This document shows, piece after piece, positions 24,721 to 39,921 of a DNA stretch of 64,000 nucleotides. The translations under genes and the position numbers were made by a program. The notes below the pieces were generated by a model, which saw only the letters and a program-made list of their open reading frames with translations, ran no database searches and was not told the DNA's origin. Source of the DNA: Nymphaea colorata (taxonomy: Eukaryota). Position 1 is the first letter of the stretch. Every line of letters starts with the position of its first letter. The DNA lies in contig NC_045138.2 in NCBI RefSeq assembly GCF_008831285.2, positions 9,796,001-9,860,000 of the forward strand, written 5' to 3'.

Positions 24721-26615
24721 TTACCTACAAGCTATGTAGAAGAAGCAATACAAAGGGACATCATTGTGTGTGTGCACATGCAATCCTCGATGGTCATAAT
24801 TGTTGGTAGTGCAGTCATTATTTCCCGACGGTATAGCATTGGGAAAATATTAGATTTCTCAAAGATCAAAAGTGTCTTCTATTCCAGCTAGAAATCAACA
24901 TATTTCACGATGATTTCAACTGTTGCAAAAGGAAATCTTAATTCCCAATGCCTAACATGGTCAACAATCATGGTCATTTTTTGCCAGCCATCAGAACTAC
25001 TTTTCCCTACAAAAGTTTAGCCGTTGACACCTAATATGTCGGCCATTCCTTTGCCGATGCCTATGGAGGATACGTATGCAAATACTAAAATCATTGTAGT
25101 GAGAGTTTCTCTCATGAGTCTATTTAACTTTATACATGTTTGTGTATGCTTTCAATTTGTGATATAAGGCTATTCCGATCACACCTTTTACCTTTTGCTT
25201 TAAGATTTATGTGATTAAAATACAAGTAAACTTTAATTTATCTTTATTTATTGGGTGAGTAGGAGGAGTATTTCATACTACCACCCAATAAAGGGTTGAA
25301 ACACTCATACTTTCTCCTAGAGTATACTCCTTACTATGTTTCAACTTACATATCAGTATTTCTATTTTGCAGCACAAAAAATTGGCACTTTAGGCACTTT
25401 AGAGATTCAAAACGAAGATTGACTGCCTACCAGCCCTTGTCCTGCATGTTGTGCCGACCCCCTTGGGGATCATTTCACCTTCATTGACATGAAAAGCACA
25501 ACATTAATTTATGGTAAGATGAAGCCCATTTAAGAACAAAGTTGAACCAAATATGGCTAGAAATTATCCAAGGTTGAAAATCACTTAGGAAAATGTGGGC
25601 TTTGGGAATAATTTTATGACTATATTGATTTTGAGAAGCCTTCATCTTGGGGAGAGCCAGATTTCATTTGAGCCTTCAATTTTTGATTATTTTAAGGAAA
25701 TATGTAGGTGATCAACTAGGGAAGGCAGGTTGTGCATCACATATGGAAGATTGACCAATGAAGAAAGGATAAACCAATGATCGACGTTTCATCTTATTGA
25801 AGCAAAAAATACTTTCGCACCAAATAATTGGGTCAACATTGTGTATACTAGGAAAGCCTCTTTCATTGATGGATAAGGGCAGGGGCAAAGCCAAGATTTT
25901 TCTCTCGGAGGGGGGGGGGTGCTAACAGTCTACGGATGAATTGTAATATATATATATATATATATATATAGACTCTCTCTCTCTCTCTAGATAGCATTTG
26001 CAAACCACAATATAGCAAAAGTGAGCATAAATAATATACAATTGTCCATGTCATAAACGTGAAGTGTGACATGTCATACGACACATTTTAATAACTACTT
26101 GTGGCATTAGCACAAAACACGATCTATCAATAACGGATAAGGTGCTTTATTTCTATTAAAGTAACATAGGTATGAACGTAAGGTGGGTATGCAAATATCA
26201 CAACCCAAAATTTGGCAAACAAGTACATCCATGAACAAAAAAAAAAAGTTACCTAAAATAAACAGTTTTGTATTCTTTCAATGTAATCCAATCAGTTTTT
26301 GCCTCCATTTCCATCGAAAATAGTTACATATCATTATTCGTTCAACTGAACAATAAAATATAAAAGAAAAGTACCTTTAAGTTGCAACATCTTTGTTTTC
26401 TTCCGGACCATCTTGTTGAGTACCTTTTTTCTAAAAAAAAAACCATAAATATTTTTCATCATCTTCTCAATAAACTTGCACAAAAAGTCAGAAATTTGAA
26501 AAAAAACCATAAGATTCAAATGAGCCAAGAACGAATTCAACTATCATCAACTAACTAACTAATTACAGCCCATGATATGATGACAATCAATAAATTGTTA
26601 ACATGGGTCCAGAAC

Positions 26616-26886
26616 TAGGGCTGCATAAGGGCCTTGGTTTGGGCCCAAAAAAAAACCAGCCTGGCCATCCCGTTAACCTATTCGGGTCGGCCCGATATCT
26701 TTTTAATATTATTTTTATTTTCATAATAACATATATTTTATTATTAAAATATATTTATTTTATATTTTATATTTTATATTTAAAAAATTATTTTTTATTT
26801 TAACCGGGCTAGGCCCAAGCTTGGGTTTCGGGTTGTCGAGCCGGGCTTGGGTTTCGAGCTGCAGGCTGGCCTGATGTCTAAGCTTA
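26616..26886. mobile_element. hAT MITE nested in the larger hAT element
   Basis: 8-bp TSD TCCAGAAC (26608-26615 and 26887-26894); TAGGGCTGCAT start; GGCCC/GGGCC subterminal motifs around an AT-rich core. Confidence 0.8.
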
Positions 26887-27965
26887 TCCAGAACCTCTAA
26901 TTCCCAAATGAGTCTATGACAAACAAAAAACCCCCAAATCTGCATACTAAAATTGAACGCACATACCAATCAAAAGGGGTTAACAAACTAATTACGTGCT
27001 TAAATAAAAAATAACAGAAATTTAAGAGAGAGCATGACATATACTAATCTGAAATAAAAATGCCTAATCAAACTAATTACGTGCTTAAATAAAAAAAAAT
27101 AGAAATTTAAGAGAGAGCGTGACATATACTAATCTGAAATTTGAAAGGGAAAATCAAAACCCCCAATTCTCAAATGCCCCAAATCTGCATACTAAAATTG
27201 AGACTTTCACATTGAAATATATAAAGCAATTAAAAGGAACTAATTAAACTAATTACATGCTTAAATAAAAAAATAACGGAAATTTAAGAGAGAGCATGAC
27301 ATATACTAATATGAAATAAAAATGAATAAACAAACTGATTACATGATTAAATAAAAAAACAAAAATTAAGAGAGATCATGACATATATTAATCTGAAATG
27401 TGAAGAAAAAATCAAAACCTCTAATCTTTATCAGAACCCTTGCTTCTCACATGAGTCCATGACAAATGGAAAACCCCCAAATCTGCATATTCAAATTGAA
27501 AACCTTCAGTGAAGTACATAAAGCAATTAAAATAGACTAATTAAACTAATTACATGCTTAAATAAAAAATAACAAAAATTTAAGAGAGAGCATGACGTGT
27601 GCTGATCTAAAGGTTGGAAAGGAGAAATCAGAACCCCTAATTTTAATTAGAACACATAATTCCCAAATGAATCCATGACAAATAGAAAACCCACACATGT
27701 GCATACTAAAATTGAAAACCTTCACATTGAAATACATAAAACAATTAAAAGGGATTAATTAACCTAATTACATACTTAAATAAAACAATAACAGAAATTT
27801 AAGAAAGAGCATGACATATACTAATCTAAAATCTGAAAGGGAAAAATCAGAACCCCTAATCTTAATTAGAACATCTAATTCCCAAAAGAATTCATGACAA
27901 ACAGAAAACCCCTAAATCTGCATACTAAAATTGAAAACCTTCAAATTGAAATACATAAAGCAGTC
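26887..27965. repeat. Degenerate tandem array, roughly 220-280-bp units, 4-5 copies
   Basis: Recurring AAATCTGCATACTAAAATTGAA, AAACTAATTACATGCTTAAATAAAA and AAGAGAGAGCATGACATATACTAATCTGAA. Confidence 0.85.
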
Positions 27966-30059
27966 AAAAGAAGCAAGGGAATTACAGTCGAGCTTCAACA
28001 GGTTGCAGTAGACAACAGTCCTCCATTAGGCTTCAGCAAGCACCAGACACTAGACAGCTGAGAAGAAAAATAAATCAGAAGAATATTGAATGAATATGAT
28101 GCATCGAACATTTGAGAAGAAGAAGAAATAAGAAGGAGACTGCCAATGGGCAATGGGAGACTCAGACCTAAGTCACCTGACCTTAGATGAGTAACGAGTC
28201 AGATCAGACCTTCGGACTCCGGCGGACAGTGGACCAGCCCTAGGTCCACCCCTAGATAAGGGAATTAATCGAGGCATTTGTAGAAGGTAAAAACGTTTTT
28301 TGTTAAGGGACACGTGAAGCATTTGACATAGCAAAATCTTAAAATTTTAGAATCAAAATGCTCATTTTTCTAAAAAAAAATAGAATTATTAAACAAACGG
28401 GACATTTGTTTATGAAATTAAGAAATTGAAACATGGAATTTTGATTCCATTTCAATTTGAGGAGGAATTATGATTCTAGAATTTTCATTCTGGAATCAAA
28501 ATTCCAAACCATTAAACGCCCCCTAATATTATAAAATTTAAACATTAAAGGGCATTCTATATATAAATAAGTAAAAAATAATGAGATAACAGTATACAAA
28601 AAAAAAAATTATTGGCCGATGTGGGCAATTGCCAATGCCAACCCACGTGTCCCTCTGTCACTGCATTCTACCCTGATTGCTGTAGTCCATGTGTTTTTCA
28701 TTGACTTTTGACATCTAAATGACAAAAAGGTTGGTTCATCCATCTTAATGTTTGGTCTTTTTTTTTTATTTGTGAATGGTTTTAGGTTATAACATTCTCT
28801 TAGGGTATATATTTGAATTTTTTATTTTCAGTAATATTTAGCTGTGAAACTTTATAATAACATATGTTGAGCTTAGTACTTTCGATGGATATATTAATTG
28901 CATGAAATATCATCACAAACACAAAACTTCAATTTTCTTCAATTTTTATCATCGCCGGATTCTGGCACATGCCGGCTAGATTACAATGTCATATTTTAAA
29001 CATGTCTAATTCTACTAGATATAAACTTACTTACAAAATATTACATTGATTGGTTGCCATTTTAATACATTTTATTATATTTCAATGTTTCCAATCTCTA
29101 GCCTTTTACCCACCCACTTAGTATTCGACAAATTGTTTGAATGACTAAGGACTTATAATCTTATTGAACCGCTTGAACCGTAGCATCATTTTGGAATTAT
29201 GTATCATGTTTCATGGTGAAATGATAGCTTGATCATTTACTAGTAATCTTTGAATTAGGAATAACATGATATTTGTGTTGCATACATATTCAATGTGTCA
29301 CTTTTATGATGTTTCTTCCAAGATATACGATTATCGAAATAAATTTTTTGGGTACTTGTTCAACAAATTGCATGACAAGCCACCCAATGACTATTAATTT
29401 ACATGAATTGAAAACCAAATGATTAACCCAATGACTTTGCTATCGCACATAATGTGATCATGAATGGAAGAATGAGATGTCTTTGTGTGAGATGTAATAA
29501 TGTCATTACTCAGGCAACTAAGATGTCATTACTCACACATATGCAATAGACTTGTACAAACGCATGTTTGCTGGGAATATCATGGAGATAGAAGAATTTC
29601 ATAAGAATGTGCATTAAAAAAAATTGTCGAAAACATCCAATGGTTATTGTCGAATGTGTTCCATGTACAACCAGATGCATCATCTTCTCAAAAGGCAGAT
29701 ATTATTATGGTACAATAGCATAGTGATACAGCTTACATAACATTTAATTTTATGCAATGAGTTCTATTTGCTAAACTTGATTCCTAATCGTCCTAACATG
29801 TTTTCTTCATGTTCATTGTAGACTTGTTGGCACCATGAAACTTTGCACGATTTCCACCTCGGCAATGACATTACCATGGTTGCAATTTTTTATTATGTTT
29901 TTTTTATAACTTTGAATTGATGTAATATAAGTTAAAACATTTGTTATGTATATTTGTTTTGTTTATGAACATTTAACTGTTTGGTTTGACAACGTGCAAC
30001 ATATAATCAAGTTCATTTTTAGAAAAAATTATGTCATACATTGATTAGGAAAAAAATTT

Positions 30060-30480
30060 TAACACATCTTCACTGACACTTGAAATTGTATCCATAAAGA
30101 TTAAGGGAAACTTTTTAGAAACATCGGTCCAAGTATTAATGACGTCCGTTGTTGTGTCGATTAAAAATTTTAGCAAAGTTTTGTCAAATGTCAATAAAAG
30201 GTTTTATCAATATCCGACCAATGTCTGTAAAATTTTTTTACCAATGTCTGGCTGGGTGTCGGTAAAAGTTGTTTCTGATGTGCATTGGACATCAATAACA
30301 TTCCTATTTACCTATGTGCTATAGGGTGTCGGTGATGGTGTCTACATAGACGCACAACACTAGAATGTTGGTGATGGTTTTTTCAATGATTGAGACTGCG
30401 TCAAAGAAATGTTCACCGATGCATGATGATGTTTTACCGACATTTTTAGGCTGCCGGTGATTCCTCTATTTTTCGTAGTG
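30060..30480. mobile_element. Probable CACTA transposon end
   Basis: Ends ...TTTTCGTAGTG (reverse complement CACTACGAAAA), preceded by many CCGAC/GTCGG-like subterminal repeats. A similar end lies at ~25101. Partner ends not found. Confidence 0.55.
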
Positions 30481-30777
30481 CCCTAACATGCCAAGCTGTA
30501 TGGGAATTAACTCCTTTATTGATTTTGTTGAGAAAAAAGACTATGATCAATCTGAAAAAAAAAATAAAGAGAAAGGTTTTGAGAGTAATATACCCTTGTA
30601 GAAAAGAAGAGGTACCGATGAGTAAACACATTGGTTTAGCTCCCGTCTCTGTCTCATCTCTTTCACATGTTGAGGTCCTTCTCTTGTTGCAATTACTGAC
30701 CAGCATCTACACCTTCACCGGCAGGTGAGTCTCTTTCTCTCTTTATCTGAGATTGGCTTGCTCGCAATCTTTCCCTC

Positions 30778-31260
30778 ATCCCCGAGTAAGATTAGTATTA
30801 GTTTAATCTACTAATGCAAAAAAAAAAAAAACTTTAATTAGTCTAACTGCCTAAGAATCACTAACTGTAATTAACATATGTGGGATCAAACACTTTAAAG
30901 CACTAGGATCCCTAACAAAAAAGTAAATTTTTTTGAGAATTTCTAATGGTGATATCTAGAAATATCTCATCATGCATTCATGCGATCTGCTGATTTTTTT
31001 TAATTCATGCATGATTAATGCTCAATTAGCTGCATTCATATATGCCTATTCTTTTGCTCGTCCCCAAGCAAGATTGTATTAGTTTAATCTACTAACGCAA
31101 AAACAACTTTAATTACTCTAACTTACTATTTAATCACTGCTGTATTGAACATATATGAGATCAAATGCTTTAAAGATCTAGGTTCCCTAGCAAATGTGTA
31201 TACCGTTTTTAGAATTTCCAATGATGTTGTCTAGAAACATGTTATCATGTATACATGATT
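30778..31260. repeat. Diverged direct duplication (~280-bp period)
   Basis: CCCC.AG.AAGATT..TATTAGTTTAATCTACTAA.GCAAAAA at ~30778 and ~31061, with continuing similarity downstream. Confidence 0.7.
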
Positions 31261-33109
31261 TTTGCCAAAATCATGGGAAAATAAAAAACACGTTTCAGCT
31301 ACAATTTGACTGTATGTTGAGCATTCGAAATTTCATATAACATACCCTCAACAATATGACCTGCTTAGGAACATCAATCTATATTGATATTTACCATATA
31401 CTTATGATGAACGTGTGAATTTATTTTTTGCACTTGAACAGCATACTTTGCACCATTTATTTCATTCTTTCCTTTTTTTTCTTTTTGAGTACTATTTGAA
31501 CTTTAGGGCTTTCTACCTCACTCATGTAGCGAGCTTCCAATGAGTGACATGATCTAGACCAACTGGTTATAGAGAGCTAGAGATTGGGTATTCTTTGTAT
31601 ATACTTGCACATGTCAAGAATGCCACAAATTAAGAATGCTTACATATGTTTTTCATGTCATATACAAGGTTTATATTTATCAAATTTTCTACATAGTCAT
31701 GTAATGAGTATTGGTCAGTAAACTAGTTTGCCTTAGGATTTGAGGCTCAAAGTATTTATCACAGTTACTTGTATGAACCAAGTAAGCTCCAAGTATCAAC
31801 TAGGCATGAAGTCTAGTTACTCTTAATTGGCCCCTTTTCATTGAATTCAAAACGCCTAGGGTGGTTGAAGCCAGCTACTTAATCAAACAAAGCCTACCGA
31901 AGCGAAAACATGCATATTCACTTCTTTTTCTTAACAAAAGTTGTTTGAGGTGCAACTTTCTACTCATATTCATAATTTTAAGGTGTGCTCTTTCTTTCTC
32001 TATTAATGATCTGATGTATGCATTTTCATGAAGTGGTCAAATTAAATTACATATATCATACCTTACAATCTAATTAAAATAATTTAATCATGCATATTTA
32101 ATGCCTAGTTATGTAAATTTTAGCATACGATACATACACGAACATGCCTTTTTGTGACCACACCTGCCGTATGGTTGAAAATCCATCATCCTTAGTGTGG
32201 GTGGGTGGGTGGGGGAGAGGGAGAGAGAGCACGCGTATAAGTGGAAAATGATATTTTCACTTTCATGCATTCTGCTAACTCTGACAAACGAGCTCATGCA
32301 TCAATAGTATTATTGCTCATAAGTCTTGTTAGCATGAGAAAAATATAGGGCTGAATTTTATTCCTAACTACATAAAGGAAAATTAAAAAATTAGTTATCC
32401 CTTGCAAAGGCCTAAGTTTAAGAAAGTCAAGCATATTGTCCATCTACAATATTCCACCCTATTTAAGAAAGTGACATATTCAATCCCTCGTAAGTTCTTT
32501 AATAGAGACATCACCTATTGACTTCTAAAATAAAATTCATATGCTCAATCATATAGTAAAGTAGGTCATGAAGAAAATATGAGTACTGGCTTCCTACCTA
32601 CTTGGTCTGTACTCTGGATCCTCAAGTTACGAGCACATTATATCAACCTTTGATTTTTTTCTCGCGCATTATTGTTTTGATTGCCACTAATTACTCCTAC
32701 TCGCACTGAGTTCCATTGCATCTCTATAAATTCCCTATTAGTGCTCTATTATTTGTTTCCTTCTCTATTTTTTTGTTAGATAGTCTACAATAGAGAATTG
32801 TTTAGTTGTTTACAATTTGCTGGCACCTACAATCTTTGTGTTAACTTCAACATTAATAACTCGAAGAAACTTCTCTTTGAGAGACATTTCAAAGGTGAGC
32901 TAAAAAGTGCGCAAACTCAAATGGAGACAACTACAGATGTGAGGCCTAGAGATTTATGAGGTAGAACTAAATATTCTTGAATAAATTGTACATGTTCATG
33001 TTGAATTATTAAATCATAATTGGAGTTAAAGTGGAAGCATGCCTAAATCCATTTTAAAGAGAATGACAATAGAATTTGACAGCAGGATCTTTCGACGTCT
33101 CTTTGCAGT

Positions 33110-34580
33110 ATGTGATCTCTCTTAGATGGAAAAAAATCCCTGAAAATTCTTGTTCTCTACATATGACCTAAGGGACCACTACCCTTTTATATTGAGATTA
33201 ATTTCAGATTCAGATTATTATAGAATCCAAAATTATGCACATGTATCTACACATAAAAACATTACTTGAATACATTTTGAAGAAAGCAACGATAACATTT
33301 GAAATAGAATCTTCCGTGGTCTTTACGTAGTACATGGTATCTCTCAGATGGGAAAGAGAAAACCCTGAAAAATTTTGTTTTCTACGTATTACCTAAGAGA
33401 CAACTACCTTTTCATATAAGACTCATTTCGGATTTAGCCTATTATAGAATCCAAAATTATACATGTATCTACACATAAAAAATTACCTTATGCCCTATGA
33501 AATGACTATATTATCTAACTTAATTGATCACTTTACAAATACTTTCTCTCAAATGGGCCAGGTCGGGCCTTGAACAACCTCGTCATGGCTTGAAACCCGG
33601 CCCGACTCGGCCCGTTAATAGTCAGGCTGGGTAGCAGGCTGACCTGGTCCAGGTTTGGGTAGTTACCAGTGCAAAATTACCGAGCCGAGCCGGCCCAGCC
33701 CAACCTGATGGCCAGGTCAATTGCTTGTTGGAAGCTCATATGATCCTCTTCTATCAAGCATGTATCAACCTCATGTGCTTGGAAATAGACAACATAATCA
33801 TATGAAAATATGCTCCTTATTCTCTAGTGGATCGACTGGTACTGCTATTTGATTTTTTTTTATATTATTGAGTTTGTTCTTTAGTGGTTTGATTAGGGAT
33901 ATCCTCATCATTGCCTTCATCTGAATTTGTTGATGGCACAATATTCAGAATAAAGACCTGACTGTTGTCTACAATATTTGTATGAGGATACTGAGGTTCC
34001 TCTTCAAAGGTAATATTTTTAAATTTATCACCTCCTCCAAAATCAACATCCTCAAAAGAATGAGTATTTCCCATCTCAAAGAACCTTAAGTGTCATAAAA
34101 TTTATAACCCATTTACTTCTGAGAGTTCCAAGAGAATAGCGATAACCGTCGTAGAGTCTAGTTTCTTTTCATTTCATCTTTATGACCTTCCCTCAGTTGG
34201 ACATCTCTAAACATGAAAGTGTCTCATACTAGGTGTTTTGTTCATCCACAATTCTGAATGATCGAATCATAACTAGAGTCAAAGTGCAAAAGTACTTGAA
34301 TCCATCTCAAAGATAACGACTGTAGAATCTGATGACATGATTTTTCGAGGCCTCTACATACTATGTGGTCTTTTAGATGGGGAAAAGAAAACCTTAAAAG
34401 TTCATTTCTTTTATATATGACCTGGGGGAACATTACCCTTTTAAGACTAATTTTAGATTCACCGTATCATAAAGTATAAAATTACGTACAAGTATCTGCA
34501 CATATAAAAAATTATCTCATGCATTATGAAATGATTAATATCCAATTTAATTTATCACTTTAACGATTTTCCCCTCAAAT
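33110..34580. repeat. Three diverged copies of a ~200-bp unit (~33110, ~33340, ~34365)
   Basis: Shared AGATGG.AAA.GAAAACC.T.AAA...ATGACCT..GG.AC.A.TACC.TTT core. Confidence 0.65.
33850..34250 (-). mobile_element. Copia integrase C-terminal relic
   Basis: Decayed translation with GCPTEG, EKKLDSTT and EMGNTHSFEDVDFGGGDK, resembling TAR-type Copia post-integrase sequence. Confidence 0.6.
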
Positions 34581-35792
34581 AGCAGATAATACCCAAATTT
34601 GCTTTGGACATATATAGGCCAACATAATAATTCTTAACATTAAGAAAATATATAGTGATCAACAGTAAGCCCAACAAGCCTAATTTAGCCAAACTACATG
34701 ATCCACACAAAAACATACAACAAAAACAAAAATTTCACACAAAGGATAAGTATAAGATACAAATAAAATCAAACTACATGCTTGGATATTCAATCTAGTG
34801 TGTGCACGGAGTGAGGATGAGCAAGAAGAAAGGTATCCCTAAATTCCCACACAATGGATAATTCATCTAATGATCCTACATAAATGTTCTAAAACATTAA
34901 AAACAACCCTAATCGCGACAAAAACAAGCTATATTTTCTACAAAATATGAAATATATGACACAAAAAAAGAAGCAATTCAATAAACTGATTAATTGAACT
35001 TTACTTGATTGAATAAACTGATTCTAATTTTGGAAATATTTCTTAAAGGATATTTCCTATTAAAATAATCAGTGCACCAGATTTAATGAAACGTTCACAC
35101 AATGTCAGGTCAAAGCCTTATGCATGCAACGTGAAAAAGTTGGATCTAGATAATTCTAGCAATCACTCAGTAACCAGTATTACTTCAATGAAAAAGAAAA
35201 AACGAAGTGCATAATTACAAACTTACTATGGAATAGAATTAAACCTATAATACAATTCAAGATTTATATTGCCTAGTAACCCCAAAATTATCCACAGGTA
35301 AAACTCAAATTGAGTCAATAAATCGAGTGCATTACTTGATAAAGTTTACAACACTAATGGAGCTCTACTGTTCCATGAGTCTCTGCAAAAGATTGGGTGA
35401 TTCATGAAATATTATCACATTATTAGGGCAGATTCATGTTATAGTAACAACCCGTTACTATTCTCAAGCACCTCAAGAAGGAGCTAAGCTAACCTTCAAC
35501 GTCTAACTAACTAACCAACTACCTACTCCTAGGTTAGTTCTATAATCATGTCACACTTTGCAAAACGTAGGCTGATCCTTTACAGCACATCCAAAAACAC
35601 TCATAGAACATCTGAATTATAATGTATAGAGAACTGAAATAACATACTTCTAAAGAAGCAAACTAAAACAAGAATGATAAATAAGAAATAACCAAAATCA
35701 AACAAAACTAGATAAAACCTTTGAGCATAAAAAGGAAATAAGCAAACTAGAAAGTTAATGCATAAACAATTGCAAACTTGAGATTTTTCTTT

Positions 35793-37940
35793 AAGGTTGC
35801 ACTTGGATGGCACCCTTAAAAATGGGTGCTTGTGCAAACCTGATTTTGTGTAAGTCATTTTTATAAATGAGTTTTCAAAGCTTGGTTTGTCTGTTTGGGT
35901 GACATGACAAAAATCAGCTTTTTACATTTTAAAAAATAGCTTTTGTGTGGATGACAAAAATAAGTTTTAAGTGTGTCTTGAAAAACTAATGTGAGTTGAA
36001 TTGTAGTTAATTTATAGTTAATTTAAATCTACAAGGTTACTCTCTTTTCAAAATATCCATTCCCTTACACAGAGCCGTTACCAGCTGGTACTAAATCCAC
36101 CTATCGGTATACTATCTAAAATGGTTAAGGCACCTGCCAAATGAGGAACATCAAAAGCACATAGCATCCCTGTGAATTTGGAAAATCAGTCAGATTTACA
36201 AGCATCATAATAAATGAACATATACCGTATGCATGACCAATTAAGAAATCAAGCAAAAACACCAAAACAAATAAATGACATAGAAGAACATCAGTATCAT
36301 GCTTCAGGTTTTGAAATATGAAACTAAATTTAAATGGAGTTCTACTGCTTTACCAACTAGACCACCAGCACCAAATCACAAATTGGCAGCCAGTCCCTTA
36401 GTTTGTTATATGTCATGCATGTCACCTTGGTAGAGAATCAGACACAATGCCCTTAATGAAGAATGTAACTAGGCAGTAAACAAAAATATGAAAAAACACT
36501 TGCTATTTCTTCATTTAGGAGCCCTATGTTGTTATTATCTACCAGAAAAATGAGAATAGGAGCTCGATCGTTTCCATGGATGTGACCTTATGGTTGTCAT
36601 ATGTCAACAAAAGAGATCCTCTTCTTTCATTTCTAAAAGCCTGACTGTCTATTGTCTTGCAGTATTTGGAATAGGTCTCATAAAAAAGGATACATTGGAA
36701 TCCTTTGATGAGAAAATGAAAAATATTGCTTTACTTCTTTTGGGGGACTATTTTCTTCTTGGTTATCTTCACAAAAAGCTTGAAGAAAAGGTAAAAGTCA
36801 GTTTTAAATAACTATTTGGAAGGAATTGGATCGCACATTGACATAAAGACATAATCTAAAAGGATAAACACGATCTTAGAAACACATAATATAACCTATG
36901 TATCATGGAACCCAAACATGTGTAAAGATAGAAAGAGATCAATTTGATTCATTTTCAACGGGAAATTTTAGAGGCAAATGGAAGGTAAACATAATGGCCT
37001 TCCGATTGCTCGCTAAAATATTCTTTCTAATTCCCAACACTGTCTGTGATAAAGCGTTAAATTATCGGCCTTCATGCCGTAACCAGACACAGCAGAACCT
37101 TGCCATAAATCTAGTTCCATCCTCAATCTCCATAACAATGATTCCATGTTAAATCGCAAAAGTAGGAATCCGTTCCGAAACAAACCTGCTGGCGTTGTCT
37201 CCATTCATTTATAGCCAAAAAGTGAGATGTGTATAACAAAAATTCAGGAGAAGCAAAAATTATGCAGCTTACCGCTATACATTCATCTAGGATCTAAGCA
37301 AGAAGCTGTGTCTCCCATGCTGGGAGGTCTGAAGGAAACATAAGACGATCAGCAAACTTCTTGACAAACAGAAGGTCAGGTCTCAACAAGCTTCTTCCTT
37401 CAAGGCTTACCTATAAGTGTTTTATACAACTGACACAAGGTTTAGCAAAGCATATCACCAAAACATGATCAAGGACTTCCATATTAGACAAGCCTTTCAC
37501 CATAGGATAGGTCATTCACTTACCTTCTCCTTCATCAACGCCAAAAGCTACCCATAGATCTATTCCCCTTTTCATAGACATTATCGTTACACCTACCTCT
37601 TCTTTGTCAATCTTCGGTCATTTTCTTGAAAAGTTACCAATTTTTAGCCAGATTGTACACGTGAACTTCAGGCTTTCTATGTAAAAGAGCAGACGAGAAC
37701 ATGTCAGAAGTCTCAACACCTCTTTAATCACTCCTGCTGCTGAGATACTGTAGCCTTTGATCATACACTCATTTTGAGCCTTTGTAAACCCCAGATAACA
37801 ATAGGAAAGCAAGATTTCCAGCAAGCATTTATCTAGCTTTTTGAAATCTACATTTAAACCAGGTTTACAATTCTTGAATGATATCAGGTTTTAAGCCTCT
37901 CTTTTTTCTAAATTTAAAACCAACGCATCTCCAAACTTTT
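35793..37940. mobile_element. Old non-autonomous PIF/Harbinger-like element; boundaries approximate
   Basis: The left ~200 bp resemble the left end of the 53644-55175 element (CTTGGTTTGTCTGTTTGG.TGACA); a possible right end is ...CATCTCCAAAC at ~37935. Confidence 0.45.
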
Positions 37941-39878
37941 CTAGCAACGGAACAAGAGAAGAAAACATAGTATGCATCTCTTTTGGCTACCATCATAAGT
38001 TTGGACATCGGGCTAGCTTAGCCCGATTCAAGGTTGAGCTCAAGCCAGCTCGGACCATGTGCACACGGTTCGGGCCCAGGCCTGACCCAACCTCGCTTTA
38101 ATAGAACATATTTAGAATATATAAATTTAATATAAAAACATATAATAAAAATATTTTTTGATATATACATTGTCAGGCCAAGTTGTGCTATCCGAAGGTC
38201 AACTCGACCCGCGCTGGATACCTTAAAGCCCTTCAGGCACTTTGGCCTGATCCCTAGTTTTAATTCTTCTTCGTTTTCTTCTACACTGGCTTATCCTTTG
38301 TCTCCTTGGGACCGGCTCCTAGAAGTCCTTGTTCTCGCTGATCTTTGTCCTCTTCGCTTCCATTTGTTGGTTTGAGGCTTATTATAAGTTGGGCAGGTTT
38401 GTATTTCCCATCTTCTTGTATTTTTCCTTTCCTTGATCTTCTGCATTCAATTGCCCTAGTTGCTACTGGTCGGCATTGGTGGGGGTGGTTCACTGTTTTC
38501 TTATTCTGTGAATAAAGGCAGATTAATTTCTTGGCTGCATTTTCTTAGGGGGCATTTCTTGTTTTAGGTTTGTTTCGAGCACTTTGGAGCTCGCTGCCAG
38601 ATGGTGGCCGATATGAGATAATGTCCTATTTGCATCCCAACTTCAGTTCAGAGTCTGAATTCGATGCTGGTTTTCGCCATCTTGGTTATGCCAAGATGTA
38701 TATAAGTTTATGTTATGATGTTGCCCTTGAACTCAAATTTGGTCGAATTGAAGTTGTTGTTGTTTTCATCGGGCTGGGCCCACAGTCAAATAACCAGTCC
38801 ACGTCCAAACCCCGATATCATCGATATTAATCTATAGGGGATCGGATGACACAGGTCCTATAATAGAAGGCCGCTACATGTTGCTATTCTTGGATTGCAA
38901 ATTAGTTTAAAACGGTTAAAATTATTTTGCAAATTCATAAGATCGAAAAAGAGAGCTACAAACGATGTATGCTGGCCTCTATATTAAATTGGTGTGCAAA
39001 TATACGGTGAAACTAACAAGGCTGTTTTAGGAGAATAAATAATCAGGCCATTAATGATTTTCGCAGCGGGTCCTGCAAGTGACAGGAACAGCCGATGGAA
39101 TCAAAGGGACAAGCAGCAGTCCACGCTGGAGAACGAGATTTTTTTCTCTTTAAGAAATTTCTATTCGAGAGTTTATGTTGTTGTTATTTCTTGACAGGCA
39201 CACCACTTTTGAAGTTCTATATATGATGTTAGCTCCCACTGAAACAATGGAACAAAGACTTATTTTCCATAATTCCTTAACTCAACTTTGTAAAGCTTGT
39301 CCAAAGTTTTTGCTGTTTCACGGATGAGCCTCAAAAGGCATCAACATACATGCAGCAAATGTTGAATTAATGTGAAATCTGAATTAGATCTCATTTAATT
39401 TGTTTTTTATGGAGTAATTTTCCATCTGATACTTAGTTTGTTCTAATGAGCAATCTGAATCCCTCTATGATTCCAAATCAACTTATTATGTTAGAACACA
39501 TCATTTATTGCTCTATTTTCGTCCTTATGGATTTAAAAATAGTTTAAGATAAATTTAAACTGATTTTAATTGCATTCAACCTTTTTTAAGAGCAGTGGCA
39601 GAGCTAGATTTTGAGTGAGGACCACTTACTGTCTCTGACTTAGTGAGATGAGTGTGTTGAATTGACTCGGCGTCGACGCCACATGTGGCTGGACCCCAGC
39701 CTATCTCTGTCACAATAAAAAATTTCAGTAGGTAGCGTGGACATTGAGTTGCAATTAAAGCATGCGAGTCATGTTGGAGATATTCACGAACATAGGGGCC
39801 AGTTTCTGAAATATTTGTAGCAATTGGGCCTCAAGTAAAAAATTCCACTTTGCACAACACCGGTTTGAACCAGACAGG

Positions 39879-39879
<1 letters not shown>

Positions 39880-39921
<42 letters not shown>

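Larger units (their letters stand above)
25880..28254. mobile_element. Non-autonomous hAT-type DNA transposon, 2375 bp
   Basis: 8-bp TSD GATAAGGG (25872-25879 and 28255-28262); degenerate TIRs CAGGGGCAAAGCCA and TAGGTCCACCCCTA; no transposase ORF. Confidence 0.75.
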
